From Lingula anatina (taxonomy: Eukaryota > Animalia > Brachiopoda), in assembly GCA_051362555.1 (NCBI GenBank), contig CM120640.1, positions 30,957,967-31,021,966 on the forward strand: a stretch of 64,000 bases of DNA. The letters are read 5' to 3'. Within the stretch, counting starts at the first letter, position 1. Each line of letters starts with the position of its first letter. The notes under the pieces are model-generated. The model had not been told where the DNA came from, did no database searches, and saw only the letters and a list, made by a program, of their open reading frames with translations. Of this stretch, positions 49,601 through 62,300 are shown one piece after another. The translations under genes were made by a program, and so were the position numbers.

Positions 49601-50304
49601 GGTACTTAATTGTTACTACAATGTTACACAAACAAAGAACATTCCAAGATTGAAAAAATGGTTAATTTACAAAGATTTATTGTGAAACAAATTTTCCTTT
49701 GCTCAGTACAAAAACAATGTCTATTCATTAGAATTACATGTAGTTGGAATGAACAATATATGCAATTTACAGTTAAATTGAACACAAGCAATCATAGGGT
49801 ACAAACAGATAACATCCAATTTATATCAAACAAATTTGAAAACCTACTGATGCAAACTGCCTTTCCCACCTGCTAGTGTAAATTAAGTAAGATCAAAGGA
49901 AATGTTTCAGTCCTTTGATACTAGTGGTTTGTTATATTCAGTCTCTGTTTATGCTGTCCTTGGTACAGTGATAAGTCTCAAAAGATTTCCAAACAGCAGT
50001 GGTTTATAGTTTATATCCAACACCTCAAACATATTGTTCATAATATCCTTTGCACTGGTATGATTAATAAAGAGTATTCAAATTCATTTCATAAACAAAT
50101 TCCTTTCAACATTTACACTTTATCAAGGTCATAAATATACAGATAGGCATGTTCTGAATTGGATATATTTGCAGTAATTGTATCAATTATAGCTAGCATA
50201 TGATAGGCCTCTATGATAGGCCTCTAAGCAGATATAAAGTAGATACTGGAACCACAATGCAAATGGCTGAATGCACATATTACTGTTCAGAAGACATATC
50301 TTAC

Positions 50305-53300
50305 AAAGTTTGACTTTAACACTGATCCAAACTGTCTGCCACCCAAGTTATTTCTTCAGAACTTTCATTCCACCTTCTTATTGAAATACTACTACATTCT
50401 TTCCTTTCTTTGCCTCATACTATCTCTTGTACTTTGCTTGAGACTTTTCAACTTTCTTCTTGTACTGAAAATATATAGTTTATAGAAATTGTATTAAATA
50501 GGGTATGTTTCAGTATAAATGGGAGAAGCAAAGTTCAAGTTTTTGCCATATAAACTTATACTGTGCACAAAGCCAGCAGGATAAATGAAGTTAGCCCCAG
50601 AAATTACAATACTGAACCTGCTGCCATCACTATTCTGTTGACACATTTTTACAAAATTTTCTAAATGTTGCAATATTTTTATGAACAGATTACGTGTGAC
50701 ATCTTTTTTTTCTGTAAAACTTGTGTGAAACCAAATATTGCTCAATGTAAGGGGCTACTCTTTAATCTTGCATGGACCAAAATAAAATACAAAAAAAAAA
50801 TTAAGAAATTAATAGCATATTCAGAGGAAGTTGAACATGTAAGTCCCACATGCATACCTTAGCGTGTAACTCAGTAAGTTGCTGGTGTTGGAATTCCACC
50901 TGCACATTACAGTCTTCTTTGCTGGGCATTGTCACTTCCTTCTCTTTGTACCTCAACTGCAAAATCAGAAATTAATGATCAAAAATGAACAAAATCAATT
51001 ATGTTTATTAATTAATCCACATCTTAAGGTGCCAATACACTCATTATTTTTTTGATGAAATATAAGAATTTCATTTGTACATAATATGCCAGCAATGCAA
51101 TGGTAGACAAGATCAAGATTCATCATCCCTATGATCATAAAAGCAAAATGCATTTTATATTTAAGGGGCCTTGGGCTGTTTTTTATGCCAAAATATAATC
51201 AACAGTCCTTAAGGTCTGGCCAGAATATACACCTAAAAATGCTATTTTTTAGAGTATAAAATATTAGGAGTATATTACCCTTATAAACCCCCATATTCCC
51301 AAAGTAATTACTTTTGGGTCTGCTATCTTAATATGCCTTGCCATCATGCCATGATTTGAACATAGCTCTGGCCTTAGTCTGCTCAAATGATGTTTTGAAA
51401 CAAATACAGGACACCAACAGGCTCACAAGGACAGTGTTCTTGCATAATGCATCTGTATGCATACTATTTACCTTGCATGGCAGCCGAGCCTCCCTGTTGA
51501 ACATCAGGAAAAAAGAACAGTATCCAGTGGCGCAGTTTTGTGCTGTACGATATGCAAAGGTCACTACTCCAGATATACCTTTCACAGTCATTCTACCTCT
51601 CATTATAGTGACTTTTGAGAGTGACACTTTTGAGTGTTTGGTAAAACCGCTCATCTAACTCATTTGTCTGTGGGTGGTGCACAGCTATAATCTTGTGTTT
51701 GATTCCCCACTCTTTCAGAAGGTCATCTAACAGCTACAGAAATAAAATATTTGATGTTAAAATGGATAAATATGTATTTCGGCAATTCAATTTTTGCACT
51801 GGGAGACGTTATGCACATCTTTCCAAATATTTGCTTCTATTGATGCAAAGAGTAAGACTTTTCATGCACAATTGCTGCCCTCCTTGAAAGTTGTTCAGTC
51901 CACTCCATGGTTATAGGGATATCATAACTCAATAAGACAATTAAATAGTGTGGCACTCCTAGTATGAAAAGTAATAACCCTGAGATGTTACATGTCCATC
52001 TCACCTCAGCATTGCAAGCTTCAGACATCTGTCTCCGTCTGACTGCTTTATTCCATGTACACATCACTAATAGTCACTTTTGTATTGCATGTACTGACCC
52101 TATGTAAACCATTAGCATATATACATAGTTCTAAAGTATCCCATTGTATAGAGACCACAACAAAGGAGGGCCTTCCATAGCCCTTCAGTAGTAGTAATAG
52201 GAGGAGCAGTAGTAGTAGCTGTAGCAGTTGTAGGAGCAGTGACGCTGAAATAAAAATCTGGGAGAAACTAAAGGAGTGTTGTGTTCTTCACTGGCTGTGA
52301 AAGGGATATAAAAAATTCCAAAGAATTGCCCATATATGAAAATTATATTTAAAAACATAATCCTACTTAGTCATTTTCTACTGTATTAAACAGTTTACAT
52401 TGATGATAAAAATGGTTATAATTGAGCAGAGTAGGCTTCCAATATTACACATGCTCTAAACTGATTAGTACAGAAATAGATATCACTGGTAATCAGTTAC
52501 ACATTCACAGGCATGCCAACAAAATTGAAGCCAATATTCTCCGTGAAACCTTTATCATATTTGGCATAAATAAAGGGGTGGTGATTGTATCCTTTCCAGT
52601 TTCCAATTTATGCCAAAGACTTACTAATTCTTAATTCATATTACAAATTTTGAGACATTTAACTCATTACAAAATTCTGATCCCTGGTCAGTCAGCAATT
52701 TTTTGGGGGCACCCATTCTGAGAAAAAAAGAAAACATCACTTTAACTTTACCACATAAATATAGGTTAAACAACAAACATTGTATGAAGCATATATTTGT
52801 CTAGCGACAGGTGTGGCAGGTATTGAATTAATTAAGTTTAATACCACCTATTAAACTAATTTCATTATTACCATCTGTACTACAGTATCTTCCACAGACT
52901 TCCAATCCATGAGACAAATATGTGATTCATCCAAAAAATTTCCAACCTATTTAATGTTTTCACACATTTTCTTCAACCTAACAATATAACATATGCACAG
53001 AGCTATTCATTTTCAAAAAAGCATGTGTTATTTAGGATGGAGTAAACAGACACTTGTCACTTGAAAGAATGTCAACGGCATAGTGATACAAATTACTTTT
53101 AAATACATAGTCTTTCAAATGAATTATATTTGACTTACAATTATAAATGTATAATTATTTACTGCTTTCACAATGAATCCTCCAGATTACATTTCAGTGA
53201 AATGAACATAACTGTCAACTATAGAGGAAAGGACCTTGGCAACACTTGCTGCATCCTTAGAAAGAATTGGGAATGTCTCCGTCCACTCAAGGTGTAGTAG

Positions 53301-53365
53301 TCCGACAGAGTGAGGATGTATCTATTGCCATTCTCTGATAACAACACAGGGCCTATCAGGTCAAT
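50305..53365 (-). pseudogene. Ginger/GIN-like transposase, C-terminal half with DD35E core; exons about 53365-53212, 52717-52663, 51733-51472, 50956-50858 and 50464-50305
   Basis: IDLIGPVLLSENGNRYILTLSDYYT/(fs)WTETFPILSKDAASVAKVL; RMGAPKKLLTDQGSEFCNE; LLDDLLKEWGIKHKIIAVHHPQTNELDERFYQTLKS/(fs)FAYRTAQNCATGYCSFFLMFNREARLPCK; 99-bp in-phase exon; YKKKVEKSQAKYKR*Y. Exactly 35 residues separate the second D from E after splicing. Frameshifts, stops and two decayed donors. Confidence 0.85.
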
Positions 53366-56300
53366 TAAGCTTAACAACTTTAATAACTTAATAACTTTTA
53401 GAATCTGAGGTAAGCTGATCAGTTGAATGTGTCTAATGAAAAGTGTTTTTTGAGACAATATATTTGAGAAAACTGAAAATTACATTAAAAAGACTGGCAA
53501 ATCGAATTGCTTAAAATAGTTAAACATTAATAATTTTGTCAAATCTTGTCAGATATTTCTGAAATTTGTACAAATAATGCTTAGCAACAGTAAAAATCTG
53601 TAATGAGCTGATCACTTGTCTGTGTCTAATGAAAAGTATTTTCTTTGGATGATATATTTGAGAAATCTAATAATTATATAAAGATTATTTTTTCCTTCAC
53701 AAATGGCTAGGCAACATAATACTAACTAGAGAAATGGTAATGCACTAATTGTATTGTATCGTCATTAGTATATCATATTGTACAAGGTCATGACAACCTA
53801 TGTACCAGTACAGAAATAAATTGATATTGAATTGAATAATTACACTGAAAACACTGTGACTTAATATAGTTAAACATTAATAATTTTGACAAATTTTGTC
53901 CAGTGTTTCTGAAATCTGTACAAATGATGCTTAACAATAATAAAAATCTGTGATAAGCTGACCAGTTGTCTGTTTCTAATGAAAAGTTTTTTAGGACAAT
54001 ATATTTGCGAAAACCAAAAATTACATTGATAAGACTGGAAAATCACAGGCCTTAAAATAGTTAAACGTTAATAATTTTTTCAAATTTTGTGCAATATTTC
54101 TGAAATTTGTACAAATGATGCTTAACAATAATAAAAATCTGTGATAAGCTGATCAGTTATCCGTGTCTAATGAAGTGTTTGTTTGGGACAACATATTTGG
54201 GAAAACTGAAAATTACATAGAAAAGACTGGCAAAACCCAGACCTTAAAATAGTTAAACGTTAATAATTTTTTCAAATTTTGTGCAATATTTCTGAAATTT
54301 GTACAAATGATGCTTAACAATAATAAAAATCTGTGATAAGCTGATCAGTTATCTGAGTCTTTTTTTTAAGTGTCAAGTGTATGGGAAATTGATCATCAGA
54401 AGAGTGAGAATTAAACAAAACAAATATTTCAATATTGCAATGTATTATTTACTCTGAAAGTAAACAGCAAATGTGATGATTTGAGGTTGTTTGTGTAAGA
54501 GGTTTCAAATTACCTATAACTGTCATCTGGAAAACAATATATACCCATACAAGAGTTCTCCTTACTACCTCTGCAAGATGCAGATTACTCCTTTCTGGAA
54601 GGGGTTGTTGTTATCACAATACTCAACAAGGCCCTAAATCTTGCCAAATATCATGTATTGTACACATGGAGAAGACACAGTGCTGCTCTTGGTGGTATCT
54701 TTCACTAACTGCTTTTTCAGCTTTTTCATGGTGAGGGTACTCTGAAACAAGAACAATATAACTGAAAGGACTGAAAATTACATTTGAAAAAAATTACAAA
54801 TTCGGTGACTTAATTAAAATAGTTAAATGTTAATAATTTTTGTCAAATCTAGTCCAATATTTCTGAAATTTGTACAAATGATGCTTAACAACAATAAAAA
54901 TCTGTGATAAGCTGATCAGTTGTCTGTGTCTAATGAAAAGTGTTTTTGGGGACAACATATTTGGGAAAACTGAAAATTACATTGAAAAGACTGGGAATTT
55001 GCAGGACTTGAAATAGTTAAACGTTAATAATTTTGTCTAATCTAGTCCAATATTTCTGAAATTTGTACAAATGATGCTTAACAACAATAAAAACCTGTGA
55101 TAAGCTGATCAGTTGTCTGTGTCTAATGAAAAGTGTTTTTGGGGACAACATATTTGGGAAAACTGAAAATTACATTGAAAAGACTGGGAATTTGCAGGAC
55201 TTGAAATAGTTAAACGTTAATAATTTTGTCTAATCTAGTCCAATATTTCTGAAATTTGTACAAATGATGCTTAACAACAATAAAAACCTGTGATAAGCTG
55301 ATCAGTTGTCTGTGTCTAATGAAAAGTGTTTTTTGGGACAACATATTTGGGAAAACTGAAAATTACATTGAAAAGACTGGCAAATCCCAGGCCTTAAAAT
55401 AGTTAAACGTTAATAATTTTGTCAAATCTAGTCCAGTATTTCTGAAATTTGCACAAATGATGCTTAACAACAATAAAAATCTGTGATAAGCTGATCAGTT
55501 GTCTGTGTCTAATGAAGAGTGCTTTTTGGGACAACATATTTGGGAAAACTGAAAATTACATTGAAAAGACTGGCAAAACCCAGACCTTAAAATAGTTAAA
55601 CGTTAATAATTTTGTCAAATCTTGTCCTATATTTCTGAAATCTGTACAAATGATGCTTAACAACAATAAAAATCTGTGATAAGCTGATCAGTTGTCTGTG
55701 TCTAATGAAAAGTGCTTTTTGGGACAACATATTTGGGAAAAATGAAAATTACATTGAAAAGACTGGCAAAACCCAGACCTTAAAATAGTTAAACGTTAAT
55801 AATTTTGTCAAATCTTGTCCTATATTTCTGAAATCTGTACAAATGATGCTTACGGAACAACAATAAAAATCTGTGATAAGCTGATCAGCTGTCTGTATCT
55901 AATGAAAAGTGTTTTTTGGGGCAACATATTTGGGAAAACTGAAAATTACATTGAAAAGACTGGCAAAACCCAGGCCTTAAAATAGTTAAACGTTAATAAT
56001 TTTGTTAAATTTTGTGGAATATTTCTGAAATTTGTACGAATGATGCTTAACAATAATAAAAATTTGTGATAAGCTGATCAGTTATATGAGTCTTTTTTTA
56101 AGTGTCAAGTGTATGGGAAATTGATCATCAGAAGAGTGAGAATTAAACAGAACAAATATTTCAATATTGCAATGTATTATTTACTCTGAAAGTAAACAGA
56201 AAATGTGATGATTTGAGGTTGTTTGTGTAAGAGGTTGCAAATTACCTATAACTGTCATCTGGAAAACAATATATACCCATAAAAGAGTTCTCCTTACTAC

Positions 56301-59300
56301 CTCTGCAAGATGCAGATTACTCCTTTCTGGAAGCGGTTGTTGTTATCACAATACTCAACAAGGCCCTAAATCTTGCCAAATATCATGTATTGTACACATG
56401 GAGAAGACACAGTGCTGCTCTTGGTGGTATCTTTCACTAACTGCTTTTTCAGCTTTTTCATGGTGAGGGTACTCTGAAACAAGAACAATATAACTGAAAG
56501 GACTGAAAATTACATTTGAAAAGAATGACAAATTCGGTGACTTAATTAAAATAGTTAAACGTTAATAATTTTTGTCAAATCTAGTCCAATATTTCTGAAA
56601 TTTGTACAAATGATGCTTAACAACAATAAAATCCGTGATAAGCTGATCAGCTGTCTGTATCGAATGAAAAGTGTTTTTTGGGACATTATATTTGCGAAAA
56701 CCAAAAATTACATTGAAAAGACTGGGAATTCACAGGACTTGAAATAGTTAAATGTTAATACTTTTGTCAAATCTAGTCCAATATTTCTGAATTTGTACAA
56801 ATGATGCTTAACAACAATAAAAATCTGTGATAAGCTGATCAGTTGTTTGTATTGAATGAAAAGTGTTTTTTGGGACAACATATTTAGGAAAACTGAAAAT
56901 TACATTGAAAAGACCAAACCAAGGCCTTAAAATAGTTAAACGTTAATAATTTTGTCAAATCTTGTCCTATATTTCTGAAATTAGTACAAATGATGCTTAA
57001 CAATAATAAAAATCTGTGATAAGCTGATCAGTTGTCCGTGTCTAATGAAGTGTTTTTTTGGGACAACATATTTGGGAAAACTGAAAATTACATAGAAAAG
57101 ACTGGCAAAACCCAGACCTTAAAATAGTTAAACGTTAATAATTTTTTCAAATTTTGTGCAATATTTCTGAAATTTGTACAAATGATGCTTAACAATAATA
57201 AAAATCTGTGATAAGCTGATCAGTTATCTGAGTCTTTTTTTTTTAAGTGTCAAGTGTATGGGAAATTGATCATCAGAAGAGTGAGAATTAAACAAAACAA
57301 ATATTTCAATATTGCAATGTATTATTTACTCTGAAAGTAAACAGCAAATGTGATGATTTGAGGTTGTTTGTGTAAAATAGGCCTTAAAATAGTTAAACGT
57401 TAATAATTTAATAATAATTTGTGTAAGAGGTTGCAAATTACCTATAACTGTCATCTGGAAAACAATATATACCCATACAATTGTTCTCCTTACTACCTCT
57501 GCAAGATGCAGATTACTCCTTTCTGGAAGGGGTTGTTGTTATCACAATACTCAACAAGGCCCTAAATCTTGCCAAATATCATGTATTGTACACATGGAGA
57601 AGACACAGTGCTGCTCTTGGTGGTATCTTTCACTAACTGCTTTTTCAGCTTTTTCATGGTGAGGGTACTCTGAAACAAGAACAATATAACTGAAAGGACT
57701 GAAAATTACATTTGAAAAGAATGACAAATTCGGTGACTTAATTAAAATAGTTAAACGTTAATAATTTTGTCAAATCTTGTCCAATATTTCTGAAATTTGT
57801 ACAAATGATGCTTAACAACAATAAAAATCTGTGATAAGCTGATCAGTTGTCTGTGTCTAATGAAAAGTGTTTTTGGGGACAACATATTTGGGAAAACTGA
57901 AAATTACATTGAAAAGACTGGGAATTTGCAGGACTTGAAATAGTTAAACGTTAATAATTTTGTCTAATCTTGTCCAATATTTCTGAAATTTGTACAAATG
58001 ATGCTTAACAACAATAAAAACCTGTGATAAGCTGATCAGTTGTCTGTGTCTAATGAAAAGTGTTTTTTGGGACAACATATTTGGGAAAACTGAAAATTAC
58101 ATTGAAAAGACTGGGAATTCACAGGACTTGAAATAGTTAAATGTTAATAATTTTGTCAAATCTAGTCCAATATTTCTGAAATTTGTACAAATGATGCTTA
58201 ACAACAATAAAAATCTGTGATAAGCTGATCAGCTGTCTGTATCGAATGAAAAGTCTTTTTTGGGACAACATATTTGGGAAAACTGAAAATTACATTGAAA
58301 AGACCAAACCAAGGCCTTAAAATAGTTAAACGTTAATAATTTTGTCAAATCTTGTCCTATATTTCTGAAATTTGTACAAATGATGCTTAACAATAATAAA
58401 AATCTGTGATAAGCTGATCAGTTGTCCGTGTCTAATGAAGTGTTTTTTTGGGACAACATATTTGGGAAAACTGAAAATTACATAGAAAAGACTGGCAAAA
58501 CCCAGACCTTAAAATAGTTAAACGTTAATAATTTTGTTAAATTTTGTGGAATATTTCTGAAATTTGTATGAATGATGCTTAACAATAATAAAAATCTGTG
58601 ATAAGCTGATCAGTTATCTGAGTCTTTTTTTTAAGTGTCAAGTGTATGGGAAATAGATCATCAGAAGAGTGAGAATTAAACAGAACAAATATTTCAATAT
58701 TGCAATGTATTATTTACTCTGAAAGTAAACAGAAAATGTGATGATTTGAAGTTGTTTGTGTAAGAGGTTGCAAATTACCTATAACTGTCATCTGGAAAAC
58801 AATATATACCCATACAAGAGTTCTCCTTACTACCTCTGCAAGATGCAGATTACTCCTTTCTGGAAGAGGTTGTTGTTATCACAATACTCAACAAGGCCCT
58901 AAATCTTGCCAAATATCATGTATTGTACACATGGAGAAGACACAGTGCTGCTCTTGGTGGTATCTTTCACTAACTGCTTTTTCAGCTTTTTCATGGTGAG
59001 GGTACTCTGAAACAAGAACAATATAACTGAAAGGACTGAAAATTACATTTGAAAAGAATGACAAATTCGGTGACTTAATTAAAATAGTTAAATGTTAATA
59101 ATTTTTGTCAAATCTAGTCCAATATATCTGAAATTTGTACAAATGATGCTTAACAACAATAAAATCCGTGATAAGCTGATCAGCTGTCTGTATCGAATGA
59201 AAAGTGTTTTTTGGGACATTATATTTGCGAAAACCAAAAATTACATTGAAAAGACTGGGAATTCACAGGACTTGAAATAGTTAAATGTTAATAATTTTGT

Positions 59301-62300
59301 CAAATCTAGTCCAATATTTCTGAAATTTGTACAAATGATGCTTAACAACAATAAAAATCTGTGATAAGCTGATCAGTTGTTTGTATTGAATGAAAAGTGT
59401 TTTTTGGGACAACATATTTGGGAAAACTGAAAATTACATTGAAAAGACCAAACCAAGGCCTTAAAATAGTTAAACGTTAATAATTTTGTCAAATCTTGTC
59501 CTATATTTCTGAAATTTGTACAAATGATGCTTAACAATAATAAAAATCTGTGATAAGCTGATCAGTTGTCCGTGTCTAATGAAGTGTTTTTTTGGGACAA
59601 CATATTTGGGAAAACTGAAAATTACATAGAAAAGACTGGCAAAACCCAGACCTTAAAATAGTTAAACGTTAATAATTTTTTCAAATTTTGTGCAATATTT
59701 CTGAAATTTGTACAAATGATGCTTAACAATAATAAAAATCTGTGATAAGCTGATCAGTTATCTGAGTCTTTTTTTTAAGTGTCAAGTGTATGGGAAATTG
59801 ATCATCAGAAGAGTGAGAATTAAACAAAACAAATATTTCAATATTGCAATGTATTATTTACTCTGAAAGTAAACAGCAAATGTGATGATTTGAGGTTGTT
59901 TGTGTAAAATAGGCCTTAAAATAGTTAAACGTTAATAATTTAATAATAATTTGTGTAAGAGGTTGCAAATTACCTATAACTGTCATCTGGAAAACAATAT
60001 ATACCCATACAATTGTTCTCCTTACTACCTCTGCAAGATGCAGATTACTCCTTTCTGGAAGGGGTTGTTGTTATCACAATACTCAACAAGGCCCTAAATC
60101 TTGCCAAATATCATGTATTGTACACATGGAGAAGACACAGTGCTGCTCTTGGTGGTATCTTTCACTAACTGCTTTTTCAGCTTTTTCATGGTGAGGGTAC
60201 TCTGAAACAAGAACAATATAACTGAAAGGACTGAAAATTACATTTGAAAAGAATGACAAATTCGGTGACTTAATTAAAATAGTTAAATGTTAATAATTTT
60301 TGTCAAATCTAGTCCAATATTTCTGAAATTTGTACAAATGATGCTTAACAACAATAAAAACCTGTGATAAGCTGATCAGTTGTCTGTGTCTAATGAAAAG
60401 TGTTTTTGGGGACAACATATTTGGGAAAACTGAAAATTACATTGAAAAGACTGGGAATTTGCAGGACTTGAAATAGTTAAACGTTAATAATTTTGTCTAA
60501 TCTAGTCCAATATTTCTGAAATTTGTACAAATGATGCTTAACAACAATAAAAACCTGTGATAAGCTGATCAGTTGTCTGTGTCTAATGAAAAGTGTTTTT
60601 TGGGACAACATATTTGGGAAAACTGAAAATTACATTGAAAAGACTGGCAAATCCCAGGCCTTAAAATAGTTAAACGTTAATAATTTTGTCAAATCTAGTC
60701 CAGTATTTCTGAAATTTGCACAAATGATGCTTAACAACAATAAAAATCTGTGATAAGCTGATCAGTTGTCTGTGTCTAATGAAGAGTGCTTTTTGGGACA
60801 ACATATTTGGGAAAACTGAAAATTACATTGAAAAGACTGGCAAAACCCAGACCTTAAAATAGTTAAACGTTAATAATTTTGTCAAATCTTGTCCTATATT
60901 TCTGAAATCTGTACAAATGATGCTTAACAACAATAAAAATCTGTGATAAGCTGATCAGTTGTCTGTGTCTAATGAAAAGTGCTTTTTGGGGCAAAACCCA
61001 GGCCTTAAAATAGTTAAACGTTAATAATTTTGTTAAATTTTGTGGAATATTTCTGAAATTTGTACGAATGATGCTTAACAATAATAAAAATTTGTGATAA
61101 GCTGATCAGTTATATGAGTCTTTTTTTAAGTGTCAAGTGTATGGGAAATTGATCATCAGAAGAGTGAGAATTAAACAGAACAAATATTTCAATATTGCAA
61201 TGTATTATTTACTCTGAAAGTAAACAGAAAATGTGATGATTTGAGGTTGTTTGTGTAAGAGGTTGCAAATTACCTATAACTGTCATCTGGAAAACAATAT
61301 ATACCCATAAAAGAGTTCTCCTTACTACCTCTGCAAGATGCAGATTACTCCTTTCTGGAAGGGGTTGTTGTTATCACAATACTCAACAAGGCCCTAAATC
61401 TTGCCAAATATCATGTATTGTACACATGGAGAAGACACAGTGCTGCTCTTGGTGGTATCTTTCACTAACTGCTTTTTCAGCTTTTTCATGGTGAGGGTAC
61501 TCTGAAACAAGAACAATATAACTGAAAGGACTGAAAATTACATTTGAAAAGAATGACAAATTCGGTGACTTAATTAAAATAGTTAAACGTTAATAATTTT
61601 TGTCAAATCTAGTCCAATATTTCTGAAATTTGTACAAATGATGCTTAACAACAATAAAATCCGTGATAAGCTGATCAGCTGTCTGTATCGAATGAAAAGT
61701 GTTTTTTGGGACATTATATTTGCGAAAACCAAAAATTACATTGAAAAGACTGGGAATTCACAGGACTTGAAATAGTTAAATGTTAATACTTTTGTCAAAT
61801 CTAGTCCAATATTTCTGAATTTGTACAAATGATGCTTAACAACAATAAAAATCTGTGATAAGCTGATCAGTTGTTTGTATTGAATGAAAAGTGTTTTTTG
61901 GGACAACATATTTAGGAAAACTGAAAATTACATTGAAAAGACCAAACCAAGGCCTTAAAATAGTTAAACGTTAATAATTTTGTCAAATCTTGTCCTATAT
62001 TTCTGAAATTAGTACAAATGATGCTTAACAATAATAAAAATCTGTGATAAGCTGATCAGTTGTCCGTGTCTAATGAAGTGTTTTTTTGGGACAACATATT
62101 TGGGAAAACTGAAAATTACATAGAAAAGACTGGCAAAACCCAGACCTTAAAATAGTTAAACGTTAATAATTTTTTCAAATTTTGTGCAATATTTCTGAAA
62201 TTTGTACAAATGATGCTTAACAATAATAAAAATCTGTGATAAGCTGATCAGTTATCTGAGTCTTTTTTTTTTAGTGTCAAGTGTATGGGAAATTGATCAT

